From Eledone cirrhosa (Eukaryota), in contig CAXHJY010001206.1 of assembly GCA_964016885.1 (NCBI GenBank), positions 1-64,000 on the forward strand: 64,000 bases of DNA, read 5' to 3'. Below the pieces are notes generated by a model that worked only from the letters and a program-made list of their open reading frames with translations, did not search any database and had not been told where the DNA came from. The translations under genes and the position numbers were made by a program. Every line of letters starts with the position of its first letter. Positions within the stretch are counted from its first letter, which is position 1. Of this stretch, positions 1 to 12,232 are shown one piece after another.

Positions 1-578
1 GCAAGTAGAAATTAGACGAAGAATGGAGAGGGAGAGAACAACAACTAATACAACAATAAATAAATAAAGAAACAAACACAAGAACAATGACAGCAATAGC
101 AAGAAATACTACCACAATAATTACAACAAGAAAAGAAATGAAAATGAAAATGGAAGTAAAAGGAATACAAAAGGATACGAAAAACAAGAACGAAATTTTA
201 AGACAAAACAAAGGAATGCGAAAAACAAAATGGCGCTCATCAAAATATTTCGATAAAAAAATGACATTACTTTGTTGTTGGTATATTATCATCATCAAAT
301 AATAATGCTAAATAATAATAATAAAATAATAATCATGATAAATAATAATAATAAAATAATGATAATAATAATAATAATAATAATAACAATAATAATAATA
401 ATGATGATAATGATGATGATAATGATAATAAAGATAGTCACAATAGTAAAAAAATATGTATTAAGAATATTATTTTGTCATTATTATTATTATTGTTATT
501 ATTTGTAATTATTTTTATCATCAACAGCATCATCATCATTGATGTTAGTTGTGTTATTATTGATATTGTTCTTTGTTC

Positions 579-636
<58 letters not shown>

Positions 637-806
637 AAATATCGTTTGTCCTTATGATGCTTCTCAATTTTATCTTTAATTCTCCTCCATATTATTTGTT
701 TTCATCTGTTTGTTTTGAAGTGTTTGTCGAAACCTAAGTACGTATGTATGTATGCAAATGTCTATGTATTTGTATAAGTTTATGTATATATATATCTTCC
801 TATCTA

Positions 807-868
<62 letters not shown>

Positions 869-1128
869 TATATATATGTATATATATATATATACATATA
901 TATATGTATATACACATATATATATATGTATATATATATACATACACGCATATATATATATAGAGAGAGAGAGACCACACACACACACACACATATATAT
1001 ATATTTATATATATTTATATATATATATATATATATACTGAATTAATAGTTAAGTGGAAATATTCAAGAGTAAAAGCACTCAGTCCGTAGGACGAGTTTA
1101 GTATAAATAATTACAAAAGTGACATAAA

Positions 1129-1274
1129 CAGCTACACAAGTTTCATTGGGTTTTCGACCCCAATTCATTCAGCCTGAAAATTAAAAACAAAGATGGCCGC
1201 CATCTTTGTTTTATTTTTCTCGTGACAGGCAGAATGAAATGGGGACCAGAACCCAACGAAACTTGTGTACGTTG
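1129..1274. mobile_element. Head-to-head inverted pair of degenerate PLE-type hammerhead motifs around a central palindrome
   Basis: The reverse complement of 1129-1176 (caggCTGAATGAattgggg..cccaatGAAActtgtgtagctg) aligns with 1226-1274 (caggcagaatgaaatgggg..cccaacgaaacttgtgtacgttg). Central palindrome aaaacaaagatggc-c-gccatctttgtttt at 1184-1212. (TA)n tracts lie on both sides. Confidence 0.6.
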
Positions 1275-1355
<81 letters not shown>

Positions 1356-1502
1356 TCCTAATATTCATCACCTAATTATTCGATGATTAAAAAGGCATAG
1401 TAAAAATATAGTAGTTGTTGATTAACTTTAAGTGTTGCGGTGTATCCAGTGGTCGTGAGTTCTATCCCTGGATCAGTGAATATATATATATATATATATA
1501 TA

Positions 1503-1718
1503 TTTCGCGTCTGAATTTGTTTAGCGGTCACTGAAGAGGTCACAGAGTGTGTGACGAAAGAACTATGACAATATATAAACAACTATCTGGTTGTGGAACC
1601 AACCAACCAGAGAGTTATAAATTTATAAATTTATTATAAATTTATTATAATAAATTGAAGTGAAAGCAACTGGTGCGTGTGTTTCTTATTGGCAATATGA
1701 CCCTCCCTAAGTATAACA

Positions 1719-1720
<2 letters not shown>
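1503..1720 (+). mobile_element. Solo pseudo-LTR of a Penelope-like (Naiad-type) element
   Basis: Contains the HHR at 1527-1569 and ends in atatgaccctccctaagtataacaa-(TA)n, the same terminal motif that bounds the PLE at 49702-51511. (TA)n on both sides. Confidence 0.7.
1527..1569 (+). ncRNA. Minimal type I hammerhead ribozyme motif
   Basis: Stem I gtca/tgac, core CTGAAGA, stem II gtcaca-gagtg-tgtgac, GAA, 2-bp stem III (ag-aa-ct), cleavage triplet CUA. Confidence 0.75.
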
Positions 1721-1770
<50 letters not shown>

Positions 1771-2091
1771 TATTTAAAGAGATCAAACAAGGAACATCAC
1801 AATTTCGATATCGTCTCTAACATGGACTATGGAATGAAAACAGTCTACATCCCTGAGTAGAATAAAGAAGTTTAATTTGAAATCCAAGAAAGTTACCGAA
1901 TGGTACGGCCGAGAGTTGAATAATGCATAATTGTAAATACTGGTTGTCTGCTCATTACACTCAATGTACACGATCATTTCCAGCATGCTGTCTTATGTGG
2001 CTTTTTAGACCAGCTATGGAAGTAAAACATCGACCACACAAATCACAAGTAAGTATTGGTAAAAACTGTAGTGCCTGCATTTATATGTATG

Positions 2092-2169
<78 letters not shown>

Positions 2170-2466
2170 AACAATATTAATAAATGGAAAGTATCATTTA
2201 TAATACCATATTTATTTTATTATACGTATTTCAAGGACACAAAATGTTTGTGTTCTTTCATCAGATAAAATATAATTGTTTCTACTATTGACACAAGGCC
2301 AACAATTGTCTCAGTGTATTACTGGTACTTTATTTTTTGCTGTTAAGATATTGACATACCTTATCATAGTCTTAATAGCATAGTATTAATAAATTCTGTA
2401 GAGTACTTCAATTATGTTATAGAAATAACTTTGTTGAATAATAATTAACAAAGCATATAACTCATT

Positions 2467-2535
<69 letters not shown>

Positions 2536-2559
2536 TAATGTGCGTGTGTGTGTGTGTAT

Positions 2560-2648
<89 letters not shown>

Positions 2649-2689
2649 TGTATGTGTGTATGTAGTTGAGGAATAACAAGACGGACACA

Positions 2690-2900
2690 GAGATGCAACA
2701 ACATAAACATTTATTAGTTTCACGCTTGTTGGAAAATGAAAATGAATAAATATTTTGGCGGATGGGACGTTTTTCCTTCATCAGGATAGAACAAATTTCC
2801 GAGAAAAAGGATTGTTGAAGGAACCTGAGCCAACCATCTGTGAAACGTTCGTAAATGAGCATAATCAATAAAATCCTAAATGTGAAACCTCGTATTGTTC
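2690..2900. mobile_element. Degenerate inverted pair of PLE terminal/HHR modules
   Basis: Plus strand gagccaaccatctgtGAAAcgttcgta matches the HHR module at 21004-21096. A minus-strand cCTGATGA lies at ~2778-2785. Flanked by (CA)n and (TA)n. Confidence 0.45.
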
Positions 2901-2932
2901 TTAATATATATATATATATGTATGTATATATA

Positions 2933-3024
<92 letters not shown>

Positions 3025-3502
3025 CGTGCGTGCGTGTGTGTGTGTTTGTGAGTTCGTGTGTGCGTGTGATACATACAAAGTTACATTGCCTAAATACACC
3101 TATATACGTTTTTATGAAGATAAATACAATCACAAGCGAGTACCGTATAAAACACGGACGCACGCACGCACTCAAACAAACACACACACACGCACATACA
3201 CACATTAAGCTTTGCAAAATTAAGTCCAAATGCAGAGTCGTGTACGCATGCACATGTATTTACGTACATATGTATTATGTGTACTCACAGACACAGACAA
3301 ACAACATAAATATACTCATCTCTATGCACACACGCGAAATATGCATACACAGATAAACGCATATATATTACATAGGGCAAACATACGCATTTACACACGT
3401 ACGGACGCATTCATACGTAAATTATAGACAAACAAATGAACACTCGCACAGAGCTCGCTATTTATTAATTTCTCTCTCTCCCCCTCTCCCTCTCTCCTCT
3501 AT

Positions 3503-3594
<92 letters not shown>

Positions 3595-3663
3595 GTGTGT
3601 ATGTATGTACCTATCTATCTACTAAATATATACCTACCTAAATATATATATATATATATAAAA

Positions 3664-3721
<58 letters not shown>

Positions 3722-3723
3722 AG

Positions 3724-3781
<58 letters not shown>

Positions 3782-4149
3782 ATATATATATATCTATCTA
3801 TCCATCTCCCTACCTGTCTATCTATTTACATACCTATTTCAGCATTCATACATTTAAATGAGACTATAACGTTTTACGTGCATATATCTCTTTGTTGATA
3901 ATATAATTATGCAGAATAATCGCTGTAAATAGCTGACACACTCACTTTCAGATGATTATTTACCCCCTTATATACTCTTTTCAATACTGCACCAACACAC
4001 CTACCCAGCAATGCCATTGTGTTTCATGCATAGCGCCGGCACCGGTTGCATTATTCCATGAATGCTAACCAGTTTAAACGAATATATGCATTGAAAGCGT
4101 ATTGTTGAAGTTGTTGTTGTTGTTATTGCTGCTGTTGTTGTTGTTGTTT

Positions 4150-4232
<83 letters not shown>

Positions 4233-4349
4233 GCAGCTGATACTGCTTGCTTGCTTGCCTTCTTCTTCTTCTTCTTCTTCTTCTTCTTCTTCTTCTTCTT
4301 CTTCTCAGTACCGGATAACTTCAATATTCGTAAAGAGTACGTTTGTTGA

Positions 4350-4630
4350 GACCTCGACTTGATATAGGTTTGCTATGGTAATCAGCCTTTGGTCTTGTGG
4401 TGCCAGTATGAATCATTGTTTCTTTGCTTTAATCCCAAGCTCAGCAGATACTTATGGGTCGTTTGCCTATTTGCATCACCATCTTTGTTTCGGAGTACAT
4501 ACCGTCTATACAGAGGCTTTTGTGACCACCTGCCATCTAATTGTTTTTGGCCTTTCTCTTTCGTTAGCTGTTGGGTGTTATTAGCTTGCTTGTTGGGAAG
4601 AGTTTTCCTGTTGACCATTTCTTTCAAGAG
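4350..4630 (-). mobile_element. Non-LTR retrotransposon fragment, R4/Dong-like post-RT region
   Basis: Minus translation WSQKPLYRRY..THKYLLSLGLK then, after a frameshift, FILAPQDQRLIT. This resembles the W..KPLHG / THQWL..GLK / I.AAQDQ.L.T motifs of R4/Dong/Rex6 elements. Confidence 0.65.
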
Positions 4631-4714
4631 ATATATTTAGTTGAGGAACATATACACAACATTCTGTGCATGTCTATGGAATTTATACACAAGCATAAAA
4701 GTATGTGTATGAGC

Positions 4715-5012
4715 TGGACCTCCGTCGGTTTCAATGACGCGTATTCTACTTGTTCGATCAACCGATAAGCCAGCTCGTGAAATTAATTCGCAAGTAGTTA
4801 AGCATTCCACAGACACGTGTACTTTTAATGAGATTCAGCGTGAAACTCTGAATGCCAAGCCTAGCCCTTTACATTACAGGTGCAATTTCCATCTACCCAG
4901 TTTCTCTCAGAAGGCATAGATTGACTCAAAAGCTATGGTAAATGATACTTACCCTAGATGACTCGCTGTGATATTGATGATTGCGAAGCGAACTCCTTAA
5001 CCATTCGGCCAC
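4715..5012 (-). mobile_element. Degenerate tRNA-derived SINE (CORE-like family)
   Basis: Shares its body (agcattccacagacacgtgtac...attcagcgtga) with copies at 13230, 24262 and 10195. Confidence 0.55.
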
Positions 5013-5075
5013 ACTGTGTCCACAGTCAACACATACTCATACACGCATGGATGCATGCATGGATGCATGCATATA

Positions 5076-5630
5076 CATGGTCGGGTCGTTGGCGACTAAA
5101 CTGGTAACCCCACCAAGGTTTCTTGGTGTGGAGGGTGACTTTGGACATCCTGCAGGACTAAAAACAAAACCAGTCAAAGGGCAAAGGAGCTCTTAAGAGT
5201 CAATGGCCATCCAAAATCACCGGGAGAGATGACCCCTTAGCCTTTGTCAAGGCAGAATTCTAGGAGAAGGAAAACTCTGATATAGCACCTGCAACCCTGA
5301 TGGTATCCAATGATGTTGACTTGTTCTTCTTTTTGGTAAATATCATCTTGGTTAAGAGAGTGGGACTGGCTTTGTGCAGTGCCTTTGCTCACTATAAAAG
5401 CTTCACAGCACAGGCATTGCTTTATATCTGGAGATCTCTCTGCACTTGTCGTCACATGGTACCATGGGCCCAGCACTATGTGTCAATAATTGTCACAAGT
5501 GTAGTGTTTGTACCAGAGTTTTCAAGTCACTGGCTGGACTAAAATGTCACACTCGTTCAGCGCTTCGGTAGGGGTTCTCCTACATGGATATAAAGTAGTG
5601 GCCGTACTCGAAAACGAGTTGGCAGCCACC
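5076..5630 (+). mobile_element. Non-autonomous RTE-type retroelement, copy 1 (5'-truncated)
   Basis: Near-identical to 5751-6358 and 17166-17737. Contains GGAGAAGGAAAACTCTGA and a 3' zinc-finger-coding tail, followed by a (TATG)n tail. Confidence 0.8.
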
Positions 5631-5750
5631 ATATGTATGTATGTATGTATATATATGTATGTATGTATGTATATATATGTATATGTATGTATGTATATAT
5701 ATGTATATGTATGTATGTATATGTATGTATATATATGTATATGTATCTAT

Positions 5751-6358
5751 GTCAGGTCACCAGTTGGTGCTACTGGTAACATGTATTCCAGTACAACCTG
5801 TCCCATGGTCGGGTCGTTGGCGACTAAACTGGCAACCCCACCAAGGTTTCTTGGTGAGGAGGGTGACTTTGGACATCCTGCAGGACTAAAAACAAAACCT
5901 GTCAAAAGGCAAAGGAGCTCTTAAGAATCAATGGCCATCCAAAATCACCGGGAGAGATGACCCCTTAGCCTTTGTCAAGGCAGAATTCTAGGAGAAGGAA
6001 AACTCTGATATAACACCTGCAACCCTGATGGTATCCAATGATGTTGACTTGTTCTTCTTTTTGGTAAATATCATCTTGGTTAAGAGAGTGGGACTGGCTT
6101 TGTGCAGTGCCTTTGCTCACTATAAAAGCTTCACGGCACAGGCATTGCTTTATATCTGGAGATCTCTCTGCATTTGTCGTCACATGGTACCATGGGCCCA
6201 GCACTATGTGTCAATAATTGTCACAAGTGTAGTGTTTGTACCAGAGCTTTCAAGTCGCTGGCTGGACTAAAAAGTCACACTCGTTCAGCGCATCAGTAGG
6301 GGTTCTCCTACATGGATATAAAGTAGTGGCCGTACTCGAAAACGAGTTGGCAGCCACC
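5751..6358 (+). mobile_element. Non-autonomous RTE-type retroelement, copy 2 (longest)
   Basis: RTE-like 5' segment joined to an RTE-like 3' end encoding CSVCTRAFKSLAGLKSHTRSAHQ* (6228-6299). (TATG)n tail to ~6386. Sits in the tail of copy 1. Confidence 0.8.
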
Positions 6359-6729
6359 ATGTATGTATGTATGTATGTATGTATGTAAGTAATACCTATC
6401 TATTCACCCATCTTTCTATAGGTCTTTTCTCACGCACTCATAAGCTCACATATATATAAAATATGAAAAAGATATTATTATATATTTATTGTAAAACCAA
6501 CAGATATATGATCCATCCCACCCAGAGTATCTCTATGATTATACGAGAGGAATGGGAGGGGAGTGTATGGGTACTGAGGAGTGCAGGTGAGGTGAGTTAT
6601 GGCTCATCATAAGCTGTTATTGTACACGACATACTCGGCGTAAAGCAAACAGGATGTATATATATAAAAAGGGGTGCGTAAAGAGATGAAGGCAGAGAGA
6701 AAGTCGGAGAAAGGAATAAAGAGAGGAAG

Positions 6730-7307
6730 AACGGGGGTGGAGGGGATAGAGAGAGTGAGAGATGAGGAGAGATAGAGAGAGAGAAAGAGGATGCGGGGGT
6801 AGAGAGAGGGAGAGAGGAGGAGCGGGTAGAGAGAGGGAAATAGGAGGAGGGGGTAGTGAGAGGGAAATAGGTGGAGGGAATAGAGAGAGTGAGAGATGAG
6901 GAGGGGGTAACGAGAGGGAAAGAGGAGGAGGGGGTAGAGAGAGGGAAAGAGGTGGAGGGGATAGAGAGAGTGAGAGAGGAGGAGGGGGTAGAGAGAGGGA
7001 AAGAGGAGGCGGGGGTAGAGAGAGGGAAAGAGGAGAAGGGGGTAGAGAGAGGGAAAGAGGAGGAGAGAGTAGAGAGAGGGAAAGAGGAGGAGGGGGTAGA
7101 GAGAGGGAAAGAGGAGGAGGGGTAGAGAGAGGGAAAGAAGTGGAGGGGATAGAGAGTGTGAGAGATGAGGAGGGGGTAGAGATAGTGAGAGAGGAAGAGG
7201 GGTTAGAGAGAGGGAAAGAGGAGGAGGGGGTAGAGAGAGGGAAAGAGGAGGCGAGGGTAGAGAGAGGGAGAGAGAGAGAGGAGTAGAGAGTGAGAGAGGG
7301 GGAGGGG

Positions 7308-7370
<63 letters not shown>
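6730..7370. repeat. ~27-bp GA-rich minisatellite ending in (GA)n
   Basis: Repeated unit ggggtagagagagggaaagaggaggag. Confidence 0.9.
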
Positions 7371-7549
7371 GCGGGTGGGATGAAAAGATGTTCAAAGGAA
7401 TGGAAAGATAGATAGACTGAGATATGAGGAAAAAGGGAGAATGATGGTGGAGTCACATGATACAACTCGTACGAAATATAGCTATCATCATCATCATAAT
7501 CAGCTTCGTTTCCTTGTACATAATTATTATCGTTATCATCATCATTATC

Positions 7550-8383
7550 AACACCACCACCAACAGCACTACCACCACTACCACCACTACCGCCTCCACC
7601 ACCACCAAAACCACCAAAATCACCAACACCACCATCACCAGCACCAGCACCAGCACCACCACGACCACGACCACCACCACCACGACCACCACGAACACCA
7701 TCACCACGACCACCAACACCACCACCACCACCACCACCAACACCACCACCTCGACCACCAACACCACCACCACCACCACCAACACCAACACCACCACCAC
7801 CACCAACACCACCACCACCACCACCACCAACACCACCACCACCAACACCACCACCATTACCACCACCACCACCACCACGACGACCACCACCATCACCACC
7901 ACCACCATCACCACGACCACCACGACGACCACCACCACCACCACCACCAGCACCAACACCACCTCGACCACCAACACCACCACCACCACCACCAACACCA
8001 CCAACACCACAACCAACACCACCACCATCACCACCACCACCACCACCACCACCACGACCACCACGACCACCAACACCACCAACACCATCACCACCACCAC
8101 CACCACGAACACCATCACCACCATCACCACCACCATCACGACGACGACGACGACGACCACCACCACCACCACCACGACCACCATCACCACGACCACGACC
8201 ACCACCACCACCACCACCAGCACCAACAACACCACCACCACCACCACCACCACCACCAACACCACCACCACCACCACCACCAACACCACCACCACCACCA
8301 CCACCAACACCACCACCACCACCACCACCAACACCAACACCACCACCACCACCACCACCAACACCATCACCACCACCACCATC

Positions 8384-8415
<32 letters not shown>

Positions 8416-8850
8416 CACCACCAGCACCAACACCACCACCACCAACACCACCACCACCACTACCACCACCAACACCACCACTACCACCACCAACACCACC
8501 ACCACCACCACCACCACCACCACCACCACCACCACCAACACCATCACCACCACCACCAGCACCAACACCACCACCACCACCACCAACACCACCACCATCA
8601 CCACGACGACGACGACGACGACGACCACCACCACCACCACCACCACCAGCACCACCACCACCACCAACACCACCACCATCACCACGACGACGACGACGAC
8701 GACCACCACCACCACCACCACCACCACCAGCACCAACACCACCACCACCACCATCACCACCAACACCACCACCACCAACACCACCAACACCACCACCACC
8801 ACCACCACCACGACCACCACCACCACCACCAACACCATCAACATCATCAA
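7550..8850. repeat. Complex (ACC)n trinucleotide-derived repeat
   Basis: acc/aac/acg/atc triplets; source of the poly-T/H/G/V ORFs in the track. Confidence 0.95.
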
Positions 8851-9109
8851 CATCATTATCTTCATCAACAACAGCAGCAGCAGTAGCAGAAGCGGCAGGT
8901 TCATAATTATGTAGCTTCCGTGTAGAAGCTCTATATACGTATCTCTGTACAAAAGGAAGACAAGGGAAATAACTCAACAGGGCCAGTGGAATGTATTTAA
9001 ACTTCCATTGAGGTAGAAGGTGACGCAGTAAAAGATGCCTGCTAAGTATTTCTCAATATATTGACATTGGCCCCTCCTCATATCCGGTCTAATTACTTGC
9101 TGCTTGTAA

Positions 9110-9640
9110 TGGTTGATGATGATGATGATGGTGATGGTAATGCTGATAGCAATGGTGGTGGTGGTGGTAGTGGTATTGGTGGTATTGGTGTTGGTGGTGG
9201 TATTGGTGTTGGTGGTGTTGGTGGTGGTGTTGGTGTTGGTGGTGGTGTTGGTATTGGTGTTGGTAGTGTTTGTGTTGGTGGTGTTGGTGGTGTTGGTGGT
9301 GGTATTGGTGGTGGTGGTGGTGGTGTTGGTGGTGGTATTGGTGGTGGTGGTGGTGTTGGTGGTGGTGGTGGTGGTGGTGTTGGTGGTGGTATTGGTGTTG
9401 GTAGTGTTTGTGTTGGTGGTGTTGGTGGTGTCGGTGGTATTGGTGGTGGTGGTGGTGGTGGTGTTGGTGGTGGTATTGGTGTTGGTAGTGTTTGTGTTGG
9501 TGGTGTTGGTGGTGTCGGTGGTATTGGTGGTGGTGGTGTTGGTGGTGGTGTTGGTGGTGGTGGTGGTGGTGCTGCTGGTACTTGTGGTGTTGATGGTGGT
9601 GGTGTTGGTGGTGGTGTTGGTGGTGGTGTTAGTGGTGGTG
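9110..9640. repeat. Complex (GGT)n repeat with internal duplications
   Basis: ggt/gtt triplets; attggtgttggtagtgtttgtgttgg occurs three times. Confidence 0.95.
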
Positions 9641-9722
9641 ACGAAGCTGATGATAATCACATTACTCATAGACAGCTAACACCAGGTGATAGTACGCGGA
9701 TATACGCTAAAAACAGGTGCAC

Positions 9723-9753
<31 letters not shown>

Positions 9754-9922
9754 TGTATGTATGTATGTATGTATGTATGTATGTATGTATGTATGCATGT
9801 ATGCATGTATGTATGTGTATACATATGTATATATGTATAAATATATATATATAGATATATTTATATAGGTGTGTGTGAGTGTGTAAAAGTATATGAATAC
9901 AAATTACAAATAAATTAAATAA

Positions 9923-9997
<75 letters not shown>

Positions 9998-10194
9998 CGG
10001 TTCGCAAGGATGGTCTTGATACTTTGAAATCAGAAGCGACTGGCGTTTGTAGTTGATGTTTTATATATACAATAACAGATGACTATTTAGTAGGTGATGT
10101 TCTAAGGTGACATCTGCTAACATTTTATTGAATGTGTGTCAGGGAGTATATATCAGAAAAAAATGTAAATGGATTCACGTATATTTATTGTGTA

Positions 10195-10445
10195 GGCGGG
10201 TGTCTTAGTCGTTAGGGTGTCCAACTTATGACCGTAAGGTTGTAAGTTCGATTCCAGTTGGCGTGTTGTATCATTGAGCAAGACACTTTATTTCATGTTA
10301 CTCCTACCCACGTTTCGGCCTGCCCTATGACACACTTTATCACGCAGAATCTCTCCGAGAATTACACGTTAGTTTCATGGGCAGGCTGTTCCATTGTTCG
10401 AATTGGAACACTCGTTATCGGAAAAGACGGAGTTCCAAGATCCAC
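10195..10445 (+). mobile_element. tRNA-derived SINE (CORE-like family)
   Basis: B-box-like gttcgattcc followed by ttgagcaagacactttatttca (CORE-like segment). Confidence 0.65.
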
Positions 10446-10645
10446 CAAATCTATCTATGTGTTTGTATGTGTGTGTGTGTGTGCACGTAAGTGTGTGCAC
10501 GTAAGTGTGTGCACGTGAGTGTATGCAAGTTTGCACGTGTCTATATGTGTGTATGTATGTACGCATGCTTGTTTGTGTGTGTGTGTATATCTGTCTTTGA
10601 ATGTGTTTTTGTATTTCTTCGTCTCTCTCTCTCTCTCCCTCTCTT

Positions 10646-10694
<49 letters not shown>

Positions 10695-10814
10695 CTCTCT
10701 CTCTCTCATTTACACACTCACATAAATGTATGTATGTGCATAACTTCGTGTGCGTGTGTTTCTCTGATTTTTTCTTATATCCAAACTATTTCAGAAACAC
10801 TGTAATCGTTGTTG

Positions 10815-10900
<86 letters not shown>

Positions 10901-11349
10901 GTTATGATTCTTATTTGTTTGGTTTGTCTTTGTTAGGAAATTTTGTTTAACTTGATTAAATTTCTGGTCTAGAGGGTTTTACATAAATGGCATAACCGTT
11001 TATAAAAAAATACCTTTGTTGGTGTGAAATGAACGCCAGCGTTAAGAGATTTGTGCTTTCATGGAAAACAATAACCAAAACTTATTTTCATACTTTTAGG
11101 AGGGCCCGGCTGTCAATAAATACACGCGCCCCAGTTGAATTTCACTTCTGTTTATTTTTATTATTATTAATCAATTCCTCGGCTGGTTAAACAATCAAAC
11201 AGCTATTTGAGTAATTGTCAAAGCTTCTTGTTACACATTCTGTGACCTTATCAGCGAATGGTATTTTTTTCTCTCAGTGTCTCCTCCCCGAAAAGAGAAG
11301 AGAGAAACGATGAAGTAACAGGATCCGGAGGCAAAGTGGAAACAAGGAG

Positions 11350-11535
11350 ACACAACGGGAAAACGTCATTGATAGGTTCACAGATGTGTGAGAAAGTGTT
11401 TTGTCAATTAGGTTAAACACCGTTTGGTTAATTAACCAATCGATGTATGGATTAATTACACGATTGACAATACAATACCTGTATCAACTGGTGCTCGTGT
11501 TATTGCTGGTAGAATGACCCTACCAAAGTATAACG
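11350..11535 (+). mobile_element. Degenerate solo PLE pseudo-LTR (same family as 1503-1720)
   Basis: Decayed HHR gtca-ttgatag-g-ttcaca-gatg-tgtga-gaaa and terminal aatgaccctaccaaagtataac. Confidence 0.55.
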
Positions 11536-11595
11536 GTATCTCTTTCAACATACGATTTCACATCAAGAATCTTGCAATACCACAAATACAATAAT

Positions 11596-11987
11596 TGTTT
11601 CTACTTTTAGGCACAAGGCCAGCAATTACCCAGTGCATTACTGGTACTTTATTTTATCGACCCCGTAAGGATGAAAGGCAAAGTCAACCTCGGCGGGATT
11701 TGAACTCAGATCATAAAGGGACGTAACTATGCTGGAAAGCATGGCGTCCGACCCTCTACCGATACTGCCAATCCACCGCCCACAAATACAATAATGGATT
11801 CTTATATAGGCACAAGGCCAGTAATTTTGGGGGAGGGGAAAGTCGATTAAATCGACCCCAGTGCTTTATTTTATCGACTCCGTAAGGCTGAAAGGCAAAG
11901 TTAATCTCGGCGGTATTTGAACTCAGATCATAAAGGGCCGTAACTCTATGCTACAAAGCCTCTACCGATACTACCAATCCACCGCCC
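11596..11987 (-). mobile_element. Two tandem tRNA-derived SINEs (family with gcctttcatcc..gtcgataaaataaagtaccag body)
   Basis: A/B-box head. First copy 11596-11780 is flanked by a 15-bp TSD cacaaatacaataat. Confidence 0.85.
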
Positions 11988-12198
11988 TTACCACAACTAC
12001 AATAATAAAACCAAACGAGCAGGCATGACAGTGTGGATAAGGAGTAGGCTTCTGGACCGTTTGGCTTGGGGTCCAGTCCCACTGAGTCGTACTATAATCA
12101 CAGTCTGATGAATGAAACCAGTAAAAGAAGAAAAAAAAAACAATAGGAAAAACAATAACGCTAACAGCAACAGCAAGAACTATTGCTGCTGCTGCTGT

Positions 12199-12232
<34 letters not shown>

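Noticed and set aside
87-3427. Many [16 protein letters not shown] ORFs here and throughout the window
   Set aside because: Translations of (TA)n, (CA)n and (TATG)n microsatellites, which lack stop codons.
6607-6660. Minus-strand peptide TSCLLYAEYVVYN resembling the PARP catalytic Glu motif
   Set aside because: Stops three residues later, has no credible splice acceptor, and no other PARP motif is present.
9666-9706. AG/GT-bounded 41-nt minus segment RISAYYHLVLAVY
   Set aside because: Too short to distinguish from chance, and its phases do not join the other candidate exons.
7441-9840. Long poly-His, poly-Thr, poly-Gly and poly-Val ORFs
   Set aside because: (ACC)n/(GGT)n repeats are open in nearly all frames and have no unique domain; the same applies to 44787-45865.
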